Below are positions 1 to 12,199 of a DNA stretch of 64,000 nt, piece after piece. Under the pieces are notes generated by a model. That model did no database searches, was not told the DNA's origin, and worked only from the letters and a program-made list of their open reading frames with translations. Location: positions 323,300-387,299 of the forward strand of contig MU062811.1 in the NCBI GenBank assembly GCA_013265495.1, in the 5' to 3' direction. Numbering within the stretch: position 1 is the first letter of the stretch; each line of letters begins with the position of its first letter. This DNA comes from Vicugna vicugna (taxonomy: Eukaryota). Both the position numbers and the translations under genes were made by a program.

Positions 1-265
1 CAGCTCCTCCCAAGGCCGCGCTCCACGGCGTGGAGACGGCCGTCTTCTCCCCGCGTCCTCACGTGGTCGTCCCTCCGTGTGTGTCTGTGTCCTGATCTCC
101 TCTTCTTTCAAGGACACCAGTCCCCTGGGATTAGGACCCACCCCAGTGACTTTGTTTTACCTTATTCACCCTTTAAAGACCCATCACCAAGTACAGTCAC
201 ATTCTGAGGTGCTAGGGCTCAGGACTCCATCATATGTATTTTAGGAGACACAGTTCAGCCCGTAA
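1..265 (-). mobile_element. MLT1 (MaLR/ERVL) solo LTR, partial
   Basis: Reverse complement reads gggctgaactgtgtctcc...cctcagaatgtgactgtacttgg...ggagatcaggacacagac...gagaagacggccgtct, MLT1A/B-like. Confidence 0.85.
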
Positions 266-2590
266 GTGTGTTCTGGGCACCATTCGAGGACTTCACATCC
301 CAGCCTTGAGTCCCCCATGGCCCTGGGATGGTGAGTGGGTCAGAGTCAGGGAGCCTGGGCAGCTGACCCCACTGACCTCATCTCATCCAGACCTGCCCAG
401 CCCCCCTTCCTGATCACTCTGCTCCCACCGCCAGCCCCTCCCCGGACCTGATGTGCTCAGAGGGGCTGCCCTGAGCCCACCTCCACCTGGCCTTTCCCTC
501 CTGGTGCATTACAGTCCTAATGACCTTCTCCATCGTGTCCTGGCCACTTCCTTTCCCCCCCACCCACCCCCTGCTCTGCTGGCTGATAAAGAGCTGTGAG
601 TGAGCACTTACTCTGTGCTGGGCGCCGGGGTACCTGACCAGCTCAGGCATTGAAATAAAAGTCCAGGAACTGCCCTGGCCATAGTCCGTCACTGGCCCAA
701 AATTTCTCTTCCTCTCAGTTCAAGATCTTTGCCAGGGTCGGAGGAAGGACCCAGCTGTGTCTGCAGGTCTAACAGAGCTTTGGGATGTGGGCTGTGAAGA
801 GAGCATTCTGGGAAATGGAAGGTTCCAGAGCAGAGCTCCTGATGTGGACACGCCACCAAGGGGTGTTGGCCCCTGAGCCACATCACTGTCCTCACCAACC
901 ACTTGTCACGTGATGCAGGCATTGGTCAGGGTTCCTGGGGGCCGAGAGCAGACAGGGCAGTGGAGCACTGGGCCGCAGGGCTGACCACGACCGGGCGGGG
1001 AGCCTGGGCTCTGGTCCCTGCGTGCCCTGTGCTGGGAGCAGCAGCCGGTCAGGCGGCGTCTGTGCTGCTGGCCACTGTCCAGTTCCACACGCCATCACCC
1101 GGCTTTATTCTGAAAACCGGCCTGTGCACTTTCGGTCCCTGTTTATGAGGAAGCTGGGGGTCTGGGAGACTGTGTGACCTCCAAGCCCCAGCAGTGCTGC
1201 CCGGGGGTCTGAGCCTGGCCTGTCCCACCCCAGCCAGCGGGCCGGCGGCGTTCCCTATGGCAGTCCCACAAGGAGCCAGGCAGCCTGTCCAGTCACCCCA
1301 GGCGCGGAGCTCTGGGGCCTGGGACGTGGGTGACGCCCTCACCCGGCTTCAGAGTGTCAGTGTTCACCAGGGACGTGCCTTTGAGTCACGCTTCCTGCTT
1401 TGTCTAACGCGGTGATGACTGCCCATCGCCTGGGGACTTCTGGGCTCTGCAGTGTCACAGGTTCCGGACTCAGGGAAGGTTCTGGGTGACGCAGGCCCGG
1501 GCACAGGGGTAGGCTCATGCTGCCCCGGGAGGTGGCAGTGGGGCCTTGGTGGAGCTTGGTCCCAGGGGCAGGTGCAGGACTGGCGCTCCCGGCGCCCGCC
1601 GTGACCTGCAGGCAGCCTTGGGACCGTGTAACGCCCTCCCCGTCCACGGGCTGCACAGCCGTGTTATTTCTGTGGGGGTTCACATTCACTGGGTGTTTGC
1701 GGCCTGTGGGCTGTGTTCCCAGCCTGCCCTTCTGGGGTGGCGGCTTGGCTGCCCTGTTACCCAGGGGAAGAAATTGAGGCCTCGCTGCTCACAAGGTGCT
1801 TTCAGCGGCCATGGGCATCTTATGAGGGAGAAACTGGGGGAGGGCGTGGCCCCACTCCAGCTGCTAAGGGCAGAGCCAGGGCTGGGCGTGTGGTTTCCCG
1901 ACAATGGGTCCACTGCTCTTTCCAGGGGCTCGGCTGCTGATCTCGCCCATCCCGTGAGGAGCACAGCGTCACAGGTAGCCCTCGGTGAGTACAGATGTCC
2001 CAGTGCTCAGGGATCCCACAAGTCTGGTCTCAGAATTCACGCCCCACCAGACGTTCATCGAACCCCTGCCTTCCCAGGGAACCGCCCACCTCCAGCACCA
2101 TCAGTGCTCTGCAGAGGCCGTCGGCGGGTCCCGAGCCCCAGGCACCGCCAGGCTGCACGCAGCCGAGCCCCGGGGATTTGCTGTCGATGCTGAGAAGGGA
2201 ACAGCAGGCCCTGGCTCTGAGGGGCCACGGACACTCGCCTTCCACCACTCCGTCCAGCCCACATCCCCAAACCTCTCCACCCGCCACCCAGCCACCAGCC
2301 GGGGCTTCTTGAAACGTGTCAGGCAGTGTCCCAGAACCCCTGCCCTTCTCTGACCTTGCACCCCCAACATCGGTCTGTTTCTTTACGTCTATTTCTGTAT
2401 TCATACACTGTGGTGCGTGCACCCGTCATAAAGCCCCCCACACTGCCCACCCCGGGTGGGGGCCAGGACTGCATGCGGAGGAGGGGAGGGCTCGGAGACC
2501 CGTCAGCCAAGCCCCCCTCAGGGCAGAGGGAGCTCCTGTCAGTGCAAATGTGTGAACAAGGGAGGAGCCAGGGGCCCCGGGTCAAATATT

Positions 2591-2619
2591 TAATGAATGA
2601 ATGAATGAATGAATGAATG
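2591..2619 (+). repeat. (TGAA)n microsatellite, probably an L2 tail
   Basis: aaatatttaatgaatgaatgaatgaatgaatgaatga. Confidence 0.85.
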
Positions 2620-3158
2620 AGTGGAGACCTCAAGCGCCCAGTCCAAAGGTGAAGCATTGGGAAGGGGGCAGAGATAGACGTCAAGCCAGCCTGCTCTCCT
2701 GCCTCCAAAGGCCCCTCACCACCCTTCTAGCACTTTCCACTGTGGGGACGTGGGGATGTGACGTTCTGGGACGTTAGCTCCCTACAGGGATGTGCATGGA
2801 GCATCCAGCCCTGTGCCCCAGGACGTTCTCAAGAGGCCAGGACAGCCTGGGACGGGTGACAGCGCCTCAGCAGTAAGGCCCCGAACAAAACACAGTTGGA
2901 GATTGATCAGCTGGGGGAAACTGAGGCAGGGTCTAGAGGGATTGGGTGGGGGGCTTCTGTGAGTGCTGTGGGCTGTGAGGTCACAGACAAGGGGGCACAG
3001 GCTGGCTTCTCCCTCAGCTCCCAGCTGGGGGCATGGAGACCAGACTGGACAGAATCTGGAGACTGGGGCTGGGGACGGAGGCACGAGACAGGGCAGAGCT
3101 TTGGGCCGGAAAAGACAGAGCCTGGCACAGCAGGGTCAGCCCCGGGGAGCGTGCGGAG

Positions 3159-3199
3159 ACCGGGGCTCTGCCCGGACACCGGGGCTCTGCCCGGACACC
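3159..3199. repeat. 19-bp tandem duplication (accggggctctgcccggac x2.2)
   Basis: Two exact adjacent copies at 3159-3177 and 3178-3196. Confidence 0.9.
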
Positions 3200-3614
3200 C
3201 TCGCGGCCAGCCCAGGCCCTGCAGCCGGCTGAGAAGTGCTGCCCGCAGCCCCCACGTCACGAGGGGAGGGTGTACCCCAGATCCTCGGCATGAGAAGCAC
3301 TTTGCAGACACAGAGAGAGACAGTAGAAATGGTCTTTCCTGCACTGACTTGCAGGGTTTGGGGCAGGCGTGTCACTTCGAGTCTCATTCCTTACTCAACC
3401 TGGGAGCAGCAGGGGGCCGGCAGGGGACGTGGATTCAGGCGCTGTCTCCCAGAACTTTGAAACTTGATCTGGTCCACCTTGGAGGGGCCGCTGGGAGGCC
3501 GTGTTTGTGTCTTGGTCACTCTTGTATCTTCTTCGTGCTGAACGCTGTGTCCCCCGACGCGGGGTGGCCTCGCTGCCATCTCCTGCAATGTGGTGTGATG
3601 GCTTGTTTTTTCCC

Positions 3615-4270
3615 AAAGAGCTTTCGTGAGGTATAACTGACGTGCGATAAACCTTACATCTTCAAAGTGTACAGTTTTACAAGCGTTGACATATGCGCAC
3701 CCTCGTGAGACCATCACCAAGTGCAAGCTAATGAACGCATCGATCTCTCCAGAAGCTTCCGTGCCTCTGTGTGACCCTGCCTCCTGCCGGCCCCATCGCT
3801 GAACCGTCAGCTGCTACAAAGCAGCCTGCATTTTCCAGAATTTTACATGAACGAACCACACTGTGCCCTCTTTTGGTTGGGTTTCTCTCACTGAGCATAA
3901 TTACTCCAAGATCTGCACGTACCGACGGCTCCTGCCCGTGTGTGCCTGAGTGGCGGTCCAGTCTGTGGACGCGTCACGATGTGGTTGTCACGTTGACTGT
4001 TGCCGCTCGGCTTCGAATAACGGCGCTGTGAGCACTCACGTTCGAGTCTTCTTTTGTCTGGACTTGTGCTTTTGTTTCTCTTGGATGAATGCTTAGAAGG
4101 GGAAAGGGCTGAGCTACAGGGTAGATAACGTGCAACTTTTTAAGAAGTTGCCAGACTGCCTTCTAACGTGGCTGCCCGTCTTGTATTCCCGCCAGGCCCC
4201 TGTGAGAGTTCAGTTCCTCCACACCCTCACCTACGCCTGGCGTGGGCCGTCCCTTCTGCTCCTAGCGGCC
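3615..4270 (-). mobile_element. Ancient L1M 3' end fragment
   Basis: gaggtataactgac...aaagtgtacagtttt...accatcacca, the typical antisense L1MC/ME 3' UTR. Confidence 0.75.
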
Positions 4271-4977
4271 TGATAGGTGTGCAGAGGGGTCTCGTGGGTG
4301 GACCCTGCCTTTCTCCCACGGCCCATGATGCTGCCTTACTGGCCACCTGTGTGTCTTCTTTGTGAAGCCAGAACGAGAAGGCTATGGGGAACACACAGGT
4401 GGGGGTCTCCTGGTCCTACTCTCTCTTTACCCCTGCCCCAGTCCTCCCTCTCCCTCTGGCTTGGGGTCCAGCCACAGCACCTACCTCCTCACTTGTATGA
4501 AGGCAAGGTGTATATCCCTGTGTCCACTCCAAAAAGGGGCTGCATTTGAGGCCCTGGTGGATGGGGGGCCCTGGGGATGAGTGGACAATAGTTTGTGGGT
4601 GTCTTGGCAGCCTGCTCCCCACGTCCTGCAGACCCTCGGCTGGGAGAGGCCCCCTTGGTGTTCTCGGTCAGAAAGCCAGCCCGGCTGAAGTGTTCCGGGA
4701 AGGAGGCCGCAGGCAGCCAGGGCCCAGGGGCAGCTCCAGGCCTTCAGCAGAGCAGGCGAGGAGCCAGCCCTGCCCACAGAGGGACGCGGGGCACAGGCTG
4801 CTCAGGGCCCCTCCCAGGGTAAGCCCTCCACGGGGAGACTGGTGATGGGACAAGGATCCAGATCCACAGAACAGACTCGGGGTTCCCACAACCCCAGCTC
4901 CCAAAGAGAGCCCAGCAGCTCCCCTCCTGGGGTCAGGGCCCCCCGCAGAGCCTTCCCAGGGAGGCCCTTCTACATTC

Positions 4978-5305
4978 TGTTAGGAATTTGAGATAATGTT
5001 TTTAACTCCTTATCAAGGACAGGGAGGGCTCTGCGCCCCTCGTGAGCCCCACGAGATCTAAAAGAAGGGAGGGCTTCAAAGGGCCGGGGCAGTGCAGCTC
5101 GGCGCAGCAGCTGAATCCTTTTTTATTCAGGGCTCTTTCAACTGCAGGGATAGAAGTCCCCTCTCACCAGTCAAAGCTGCCATTTTTATAGGTCAAAAAA
5201 CAGTCAGGTAGCGGCAGCTTACGTGGTCCCACTGAACAGCTGAGGTTTGACTGGCAACTAATATGCAGGTGAGTGAACAATTAGGGGCTGGGTCCCCCGA
5301 CGCCG
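4978..5305 (-). mobile_element. ERV-type LTR, antisense (right boundary uncertain)
   Basis: Minus strand has TATAAAAA (5190-5183), AATAAA about 60 nt further on (5127-5122) and terminates in ...cctaaCA at 4978, the U3-R-U5 layout. Confidence 0.6.
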
Positions 5306-7025
5306 GGGGTGCAGAGGTCCACGGTGGTCCCCGCTCGCTCGCTTTCCCTCTGGCTCCGGCTCCAGGTCTCTGTCTCTCTCCTCTCGGTCTCCCTTCTGCT
5401 GACCCGCCGCCCCCCCGAGTGCTGGCCTGTCTCTGCACTGCTGAGGGTGCCCCTCCCTGTGCACACACCCTCCCAGCCCCCCAGAACTGACCGCCTCCCC
5501 GCGGGGCCTGGCAGAACTCAGGCAGGATTCTGATCGGCCTGGCTTGGGTCACATTACCACCCCTACACCAGTCACTGTGTCCCGGGAAATGGGAAGCTCT
5601 GATTGGCCAGGCCTGGGTCCCGTGGGTGCTCCTGTGACCAGAGAGGACAGTCCTCCCACTAACAATGTCCAGGACCACACGGGGTGGCCCCAGAAAGAAA
5701 AGGGCTGCAGTTCCCAGCAGAAGGGAGCTGGGGAGCCCCTGGACAAGCAGAACTAGGGCCCCCGTCACCGCCACCAGCACCACCCAGGCCTCTTCTCCCT
5801 CCCGGGGTCCCATCCCTGTGTCAGCCCGCCGTCCAGCCCTGTCCAAGGCAGCGACCGGGGAGTGTCCTCCAGGGCCTTCGCAGGATGCAGGCCCTGCCGC
5901 TCCACCCCGCATAGCTCAGGGACCAGTAAGACCCAATTCATTCCCTGCCACACCGTGCCTGGGTCCAGGAAGAGGACATCCCACTCGGGGGACGAGCAGA
6001 GGAAAACCCAGGCACGGCCCCCAGCCACCCCTCCCAGGACCCCCGGGCAGGCTCAGCCCTTCGCCCTCCACACCCTCGCTCAGCACTGATGTCTGCTCAG
6101 AGCCAGGGACGCTGGAGCTGGCTCACTTTTCTCCGGTGCTGACACTCGAGGGTGAGGGGGCATGCCCGAAGCTGGAGACAGGGCAGACTAGGGGCTTAGA
6201 GCTTCCTCCAGGAACGGGAGCCATGGCTGGGTGGTGCCCCGCGGTCAGTTGCCATCCAGCTGCACTCTAGACACACAGCAGGGCTTCCCAGGCAGCTGGC
6301 AGCCAGCTGGAGTCAGGGCACCAGGATCCCGGGTCCCCGGGAAGGAAGGAAGAAGGAAGGAAGGCGGGCGCTCGGCAGTGAGGGTGGTGCCGAGAACCTT
6401 GGGGGCCACACCCTGCAAACAAACCTGGGGTTGCCCTGCTTTAATCGCCTCCAGACCGGCGCTCCGCCCAGATGGACCACACCCGGCCCACTCCATTCTG
6501 CCCTTTATTCGTTGCTTTCCCCAAAAGAACAAACCCCTCTCCCCTGCCCGGAAGAAGTGGGCAGGCCGGCAGCAATGTGCTGCCCACACCGGGGAGGAGG
6601 TGCTGGGTGGAGCCATCTCTCAGGAGGAGGGCTGGCTGGCTTCTTCCACAGCAGATTGACTTTGGGGAAATCCAAGCCCTTTCTCTCCAGCTCCACGGAG
6701 CTCTGCGGATTTCAGCCGCCTCCAAGAGCCCGTCACGTGTGTTCTCCTGAACTGTTTCCAGTGCTTTTTCCTGGTTCTTAAACTGAGGAGTTCCGGCCAG
6801 GACCTTTCAGGTTGCCGAGAGAGGGAGGTGGAAAGCTTAGCGCTCCGTGTTTCTTTCACGGCACTACCTTTTCCTGAGTTCACGGCCAGGAAGTTTTCAA
6901 AGAGGAAGTCAGGATCCATCCTGGGGCTGGAGACAGCACCTCCTCTCCAGCCTCCCCAGATGCCTGTCTCCACGTAAGAGGTGGCCGACCAAGTTCCCTG
7001 AGGAAGCTGATTTCTAGGTGCCTCC

Positions 7026-7545
7026 TGTTGGGAGGTCTCCTCTGACCCCTGAGACTGAGCAGGACCCCTTTGCTTGTCGCTTTAGCAAAGCTATATTGTA
7101 ACTAACCCGAAACCAGGCGCCTTGCTCACCCCCAGCCTAAACATACCTTTTGAATCTTTCGATCACACAAAACCCGCCTGTCTTTTCTCTGCAGATAGAA
7201 ATGGAGACTAAGTCATTGACAAACGACCAGATTTCTTTCCTCGCTTCGCCCCTCGGTAACCTCACACACTGTGAATAAGACAGCATCTAAAGGAGACTCA
7301 CAGAGGACTGGCAGTCCCGCGCGCCCTCGGGCGCGGCGCCGTCCCTGACCCTGTCGCAGTGATCGCTTCGGCTTTCCCCTTCCCCGGCTGAGCAGCGTCT
7401 GCGGAGATGGTCCTTGGGCACATAAGCCCACCGTCTCCCCAGACTGCCAAGGTTCTGATTACAAATAATTTCTCTTTCTATCAACATTACCTTTTTTGCT
7501 GATTGGTTTAAAGAGCGGTGAGCAGCCGGCCCACGTTCAGTAATA
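7026..7545 (+). mobile_element. ERV1-like solo LTR
   Basis: Starts TGttggg, ends cagtaata; flanked by cctcc/cctct (candidate 5-bp TSD); internal ggagatggtccttgggcacataagcccaccgtctcccc block is typical of laurasiatherian ERV1 LTRs. Confidence 0.7.
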
Positions 7546-7821
7546 CCTCTTAGCTGAAACCACTGCACCCAGAGTGCGTGTCAGACTCCAGCAGCCTCCC
7601 CCCAGCCTCGTAGCCCTGCGTGGGTGCGCCCCCAGCCTGCAGGTGACTGACCTACGGCAGGACCACCTCATGTCTAGTGTCACTATTCGCTCTTCCGTGG
7701 CCTGTCTCCTCACTGTGCTTTAGTTTGAATCAGCCCCGTTCGTTGTAAGCTGCTTAGGTTGGACAGTCTGTATTGGGCATCCGTACACCGGCCACCCCTA
7801 CAGCCAGCACAGGGCTTGCTC

Positions 7822-8187
7822 CTGCGTCAGTCCTCTCAGCACCGCAGCCGGACACCACAAGCCAGGCGGGCGGCCTGAACAACAGAAATCCATTTCCTCC
7901 CAGCTCTGGGGGCCACAAGGGCTGGTTTCCTCTGAGGCTTCCCTCCTTGGCTTGCAGACAGCTGCCCTCTTCACACGGCCACCTCTCTGTGCCTGGACAT
8001 CCCTGGGGTCTTTGAGTGTCCCAGTTTCCTCTTGTAAGGACACCAGTCAAGTTGGATTAGGGCTCAACCTACCAGCCTCATTTTCACCCCTTTAAAGGCC
8101 CTATTTCCAAATTCAGTCGCACTTGGAGGTACTGTGGGGGTCAGGCTTTAACATGTGAATTTGCTGGGGGACACAATTCAGCCCATC
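7822..8187 (-). mobile_element. MLT1 solo LTR
   Basis: aacaacagaaat...ttggattagggc...gggggacacaattcagccc. Confidence 0.8.
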
Positions 8188-8250
8188 CCGGCACCCCGAC
8201 ACCTGGATGGTCTGCAGACCACCTTTTCCTCAGCTGTAGCCAAATGTGCC

Positions 8251-8284
8251 TGACGTCAGGCAGAGGGGCGGCGCCCCCTGCAGG
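8251..8284. promoter_or_regulatory. Full CRE (TGACGTCA) next to a CTCF-like motif
   Basis: TGACGTCA at 8251-8258; minus-strand CCTGCAGGGGGCGC at 8284-8271; motifs only. Confidence 0.35.
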
Positions 8285-9338
8285 TGGAGATGGCCTTGCA
8301 GCCACTCGGAGGGTTTGGAAGCCTTGTCCCATCAGTGACATCTGGCTGACGGAGGGACGGGTCAAGCCGAGGAGGGGGGCGGGGGCTCCTTTGATCATGG
8401 TGAGCAGGTGGGTGGCCGAGTAGAGATTCTTCCTTCCTTCTGTCCAGGTAATTAATGAGGGACTTCAAAGGCTTGAGGCTTTCCTGCTCAAATCAGTTAT
8501 TCAGATTGCTAAATCCAAAGGTCCCCGAACAGGAAACAGAGAGAAAAAGAGCTTGCTAAGTGGTTATGATCAGGACTAAATGACTTCCTTGTTGGCGGCC
8601 CGCGTCGGACCTCAGAGCATCTGCGAGCTGCCGTGCCCGCTAGGAGCCTCCTCTTGGAGCGCCGGGGGGATGGCTGAGGGGGCGAGGCCAAGGTTCTTGG
8701 GAACACCAGTAACGTCTTAACTTCTTCAAGATCAGCGGTCACCTGTGTCTTCATCAGTAGTGATCCTGGACCCCAGAATGAGTCAGAGCGGAGGGTCTGG
8801 GTGTTCATTCCAGCATTTGGGCCACAGGAGCCACCTCACTGCCGTTGAGCTGAGGCAGGGGGCTGGTGAGGGTCTTCTCACCCATGGGCCGGGGTCAGGG
8901 GTGAACTGCCCCTGTCCTGAGCTGGGTGGTGGTGCCACTTTTCCACTCCCAGTTGGGGTCAGCTACCAACAGTACAGTGAGGAGCGAGGTGGTGTGGGAA
9001 AGGCGGGGAGGTGTGATCTTGCTTAGTAAGGACAACGCCACGAAGCGGACGATCATGGAAGTTTCAGGGAAGGTGGTGGGGCTTCCTTGGTACCTGCTTT
9101 TGTTTATGTTTGCAATTTTCCATTAAAAAAAAAGAAACTTAGGAATAAAAAATAATAATAATGCCTCCTGCTACTACGTTTCTACTTGTGGCCGTGATGA
9201 GAAACCAGAGGCCGGATTTGCCTTTCCACAGGGAACACCTGTAGCTCAGACAGCATATGAAACTATAGACTTGAGACGAGGTGTTGAACAACACATGACA
9301 GTGGGAAACTTCCCTGAAAGATGGGAGACAAAAGAGAT

Positions 9339-10026
9339 TGCTACCAGAGTCAGGTTCAGCTGCTGAAGAATCCAATACAGAGAGACAAGTGTTGGGTAAA
9401 AGGAAAGATAGCTTTCCTGGGGAAGCTGGCAATCCTGGGGAGAAGGTGGACTCATGTCCCAAAGAACCAACTCCCCATGGCTGATCAGTGGGCAGGAGCT
9501 TGTAAAGGGGAGTTTCAGGGGCATACAGGAGGGCAGAGGGGGCACGTGCTGAGCAGCACAGTCAGCTCTGACAGTCGTCTTGAAGTTGGTCGTGCAGGCG
9601 TCTGGTCAGTGTCGTCTTGGTTGTTTTAAGTACAGCCAGTCTTCAGCTCCAGGGTCAGTCTGTTCTCATTTCCGTGAGGCCAGTTGTGGCAGCTGACGTC
9701 ATGGCTACAGTCTGGCCATTGTGTTGACTTCTTCCACCTAGTGGGGGTTTCAGTACTTGCAAAGCAGCTCCAAGGACATGGCTCAGAATATGATCAAAAG
9801 CCCTTGAGGAGGAAGGATAAAGATAAAGGCCCTTGGCTTGGTTTCATGGTTACACGATTATTACTTTGTCTTTCTTGATGGTTTTCCTCTGTCTCTGCAT
9901 TTCCTCATTTCTCTGCCTGAGTGTATTCTTTAGCTGAAGTATTTCTACAGACGAGAGACAGGTGGAGGTCATGACGGCGGGTGGGGACCTGTCCTGGGAA
10001 GGCCCCACTGGGCCCTGGTCCATTGT
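9339..10026 (-). mobile_element. ERV1-like solo LTR nested in the L1
   Basis: tgctaccagagtc...aagaaccaactcccc...catggctacagtctgg...ggctcagaatatgatc is a cetartiodactyl-type LTR; gagat flanks both ends (9334-9338, 10027-10031). Strand is tentative. Confidence 0.65.
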
Positions 10027-10750
10027 GAGATGGGCCTGTGAACACCTGGCTTCCTGCACCGAGAGTCTCCAGGCTCAGTGCAGGGAGTGAGACGCCAGCA
10101 GAGGCTGGAGGGGCACTCGGGGAGCAGAAACGAAGCCAAGAGCCAGGGGGACCACAACAGTTACAGTTTGCAGGATGGAGCGCCGGAGAGGGTCACCCTT
10201 GAGGGTTCAGCAGGGCGTCGGTCAGCGTGCACACGTGTGTGTGTGAGGAAACCACTGGCAGCTGGAGAGAGAATCACCCGGAGGGTCAGAGAACAGCGTC
10301 TGGGACTCACTCAGGGTGGAGGCAGCGCCTCTTGCCACCCACCAGCTGAGTCCGTGGAGCGTGGTGGAAGTACTCACGACGGTCTTGCCTCCATGCTGGC
10401 CTTAGACTTGCCATGGCTCTGGTCTTGCCTAAGGAATCTCAAAACTGAGACCTGAAAGAATCAAACCCTTTCCAGGTAGTTAAGCCACACCCGGAACCAA
10501 GCTCAGGAGTATCTAGGAAGATACAGAAGCACCCAGCACCCGACAGAGTGGGATCTGCAAGGCCTGGCACCCGTTCAGAAATTCCCAGACATGCCAACAA
10601 GCAGGAAAGCACAACCTGTTCATCAAAGCTAAGCAGGGATGCACACTGGTGTTAGAGCCCGCAGAAAAGGACAAGAAAGAAAGAATCATTGTAACTGATT
10701 CTGTATGCTCAAAAGTTAAGAGAGACATGGAAGTTTAAAAAAAAAACTCA

Positions 10751-10832
10751 CTAAACGGTACACTTTAAAATGGGCGAGATGATCGATTTTATGTTATGTG
10801 CATGTTACCACTATTAAAATTTTAAAAATCTT
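10751..10832 (+). mobile_element. Short L1 3'-end stub nested in the older L1
   Basis: tacactttaaaatggg...ttttatgttatgtgcatgttaccac; aaaactca repeated at 10743-10750 and 10833-10840 (candidate TSD). Confidence 0.6.
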
Positions 10833-11715
10833 AAAACTCAAATTTCTTGGGGTGAAAACTTCAATCAGTGTCTGAGATGAGAAGTGCATAGGATGGGGTT
10901 AAGGACAGACCAGACATTGGAGAAGAAAGGAATCATGAGCTTGCAGAAGGAGCATTAGGAACTACCCAAAGGAAACGCAGAGAGAAAAGGGGGGCATCAT
11001 TTTGAAAAAAGAAGAAGGAGGAGGCAGAGGGGGAGGGGAGGAAGAGGCAGGGGCTGGGGTGCAGAAGAAGAAGAGGAAGGAGAGAACAGAGCCTCAGTGA
11101 GCTGCAGAACCACCTGAGGCAGCCCAGCATGTACGTGTGAGTCCATGAAGTCGAGGAGGTTGAGGTGAGAAGGACAAGAAGAAATCTGAAGAAATAATAA
11201 TGGAAATGTTTCCAAATTTAAAATTGGTCTGTGAACTCCCAGATCCAAGAAGCTCTATGAATCCAAAGCTCAAGACACATTGGGGAAAAAAATACACCCC
11301 GAGGCACATACCTGGTTTTCAGGTTGCTCAAAACCAGGGGTAAAGATTAAAATCTTAGAAGCCCCCAGAGAGGAAGAAAGAGATGCATTACATAAAGACG
11401 AGCGTGACAGCAGATACATTGTCAGAAACAATGGCAGTGAGGAGACGGCGGGAAGATGTCCTCAAAGTACCGAAGGGGAAGGAAAAACAGCTGTTTCAAA
11501 AACAAAGGGGAAATCAAGACCTCTTCAAAGTATAAGAGCTGTGACACCTCAGCACCGACAAGCCCCACTGTAAGAAGTGTTAAAGGATGTCCTTCAGGTG
11601 AAAGGAGAGTGACACCAGAGGGAGGTACCAGGGGAGTGAGGGGCCCGGGAAGGGTAGCAGCATGAATGTGAAAAGAGATGTTCTTGCTGTTTAAATCCCT
11701 TTAAAAGTCATTGGC

Positions 11716-12199
11716 TTAATATTACTCAGCCATTTAAAAAAAAAAACTACTCTGAAATACATTCATTTAAGGATACTGGAAAATAAGCACTCAGGCCATG
11801 AATTGGCAAGTTGCCTCACTACTCTAGCATAAGACTATCCTCCAGCACTACCATTCTGTGGCTAGAGAAACAATGTGCTAAATATCATACTCTACAATTA
11901 TAAATGCTTGCTTTAGACATAGAAACTTATGGTTACCAAAGGGGGAAGGGAAGGAGGGATAAATTAGGAATTTGGGATTAACAGATACACACTACTATAC
12001 ATAAAATAGATAAACAACAAGGACCTACTGTATAGCACAGGAAACTATATTCAATATCTTGTAATGACCTATAATGGAAAAGAATCTGAAAAGAATACAT
12101 ATGTTATATATATAGTTTTCTATATATATATATGAATCACTTTGCTGCACACCTAAAACATTGTAAATCAACTATACATCAATAAAAAATAAAAATAAT
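11716..12199 (+). mobile_element. Younger cetartiodactyl L1 3'-end insertion with TSD
   Basis: gacatagaaacttatggttaccaaaggggg...aaggacctactgtatagcacagg...aaatcaactatac plus A-tail; TSD aaaagtcattggc (11703-11715) / aaaagtcactggc (12200-12212) at a TT|AAAA site. Confidence 0.88.
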
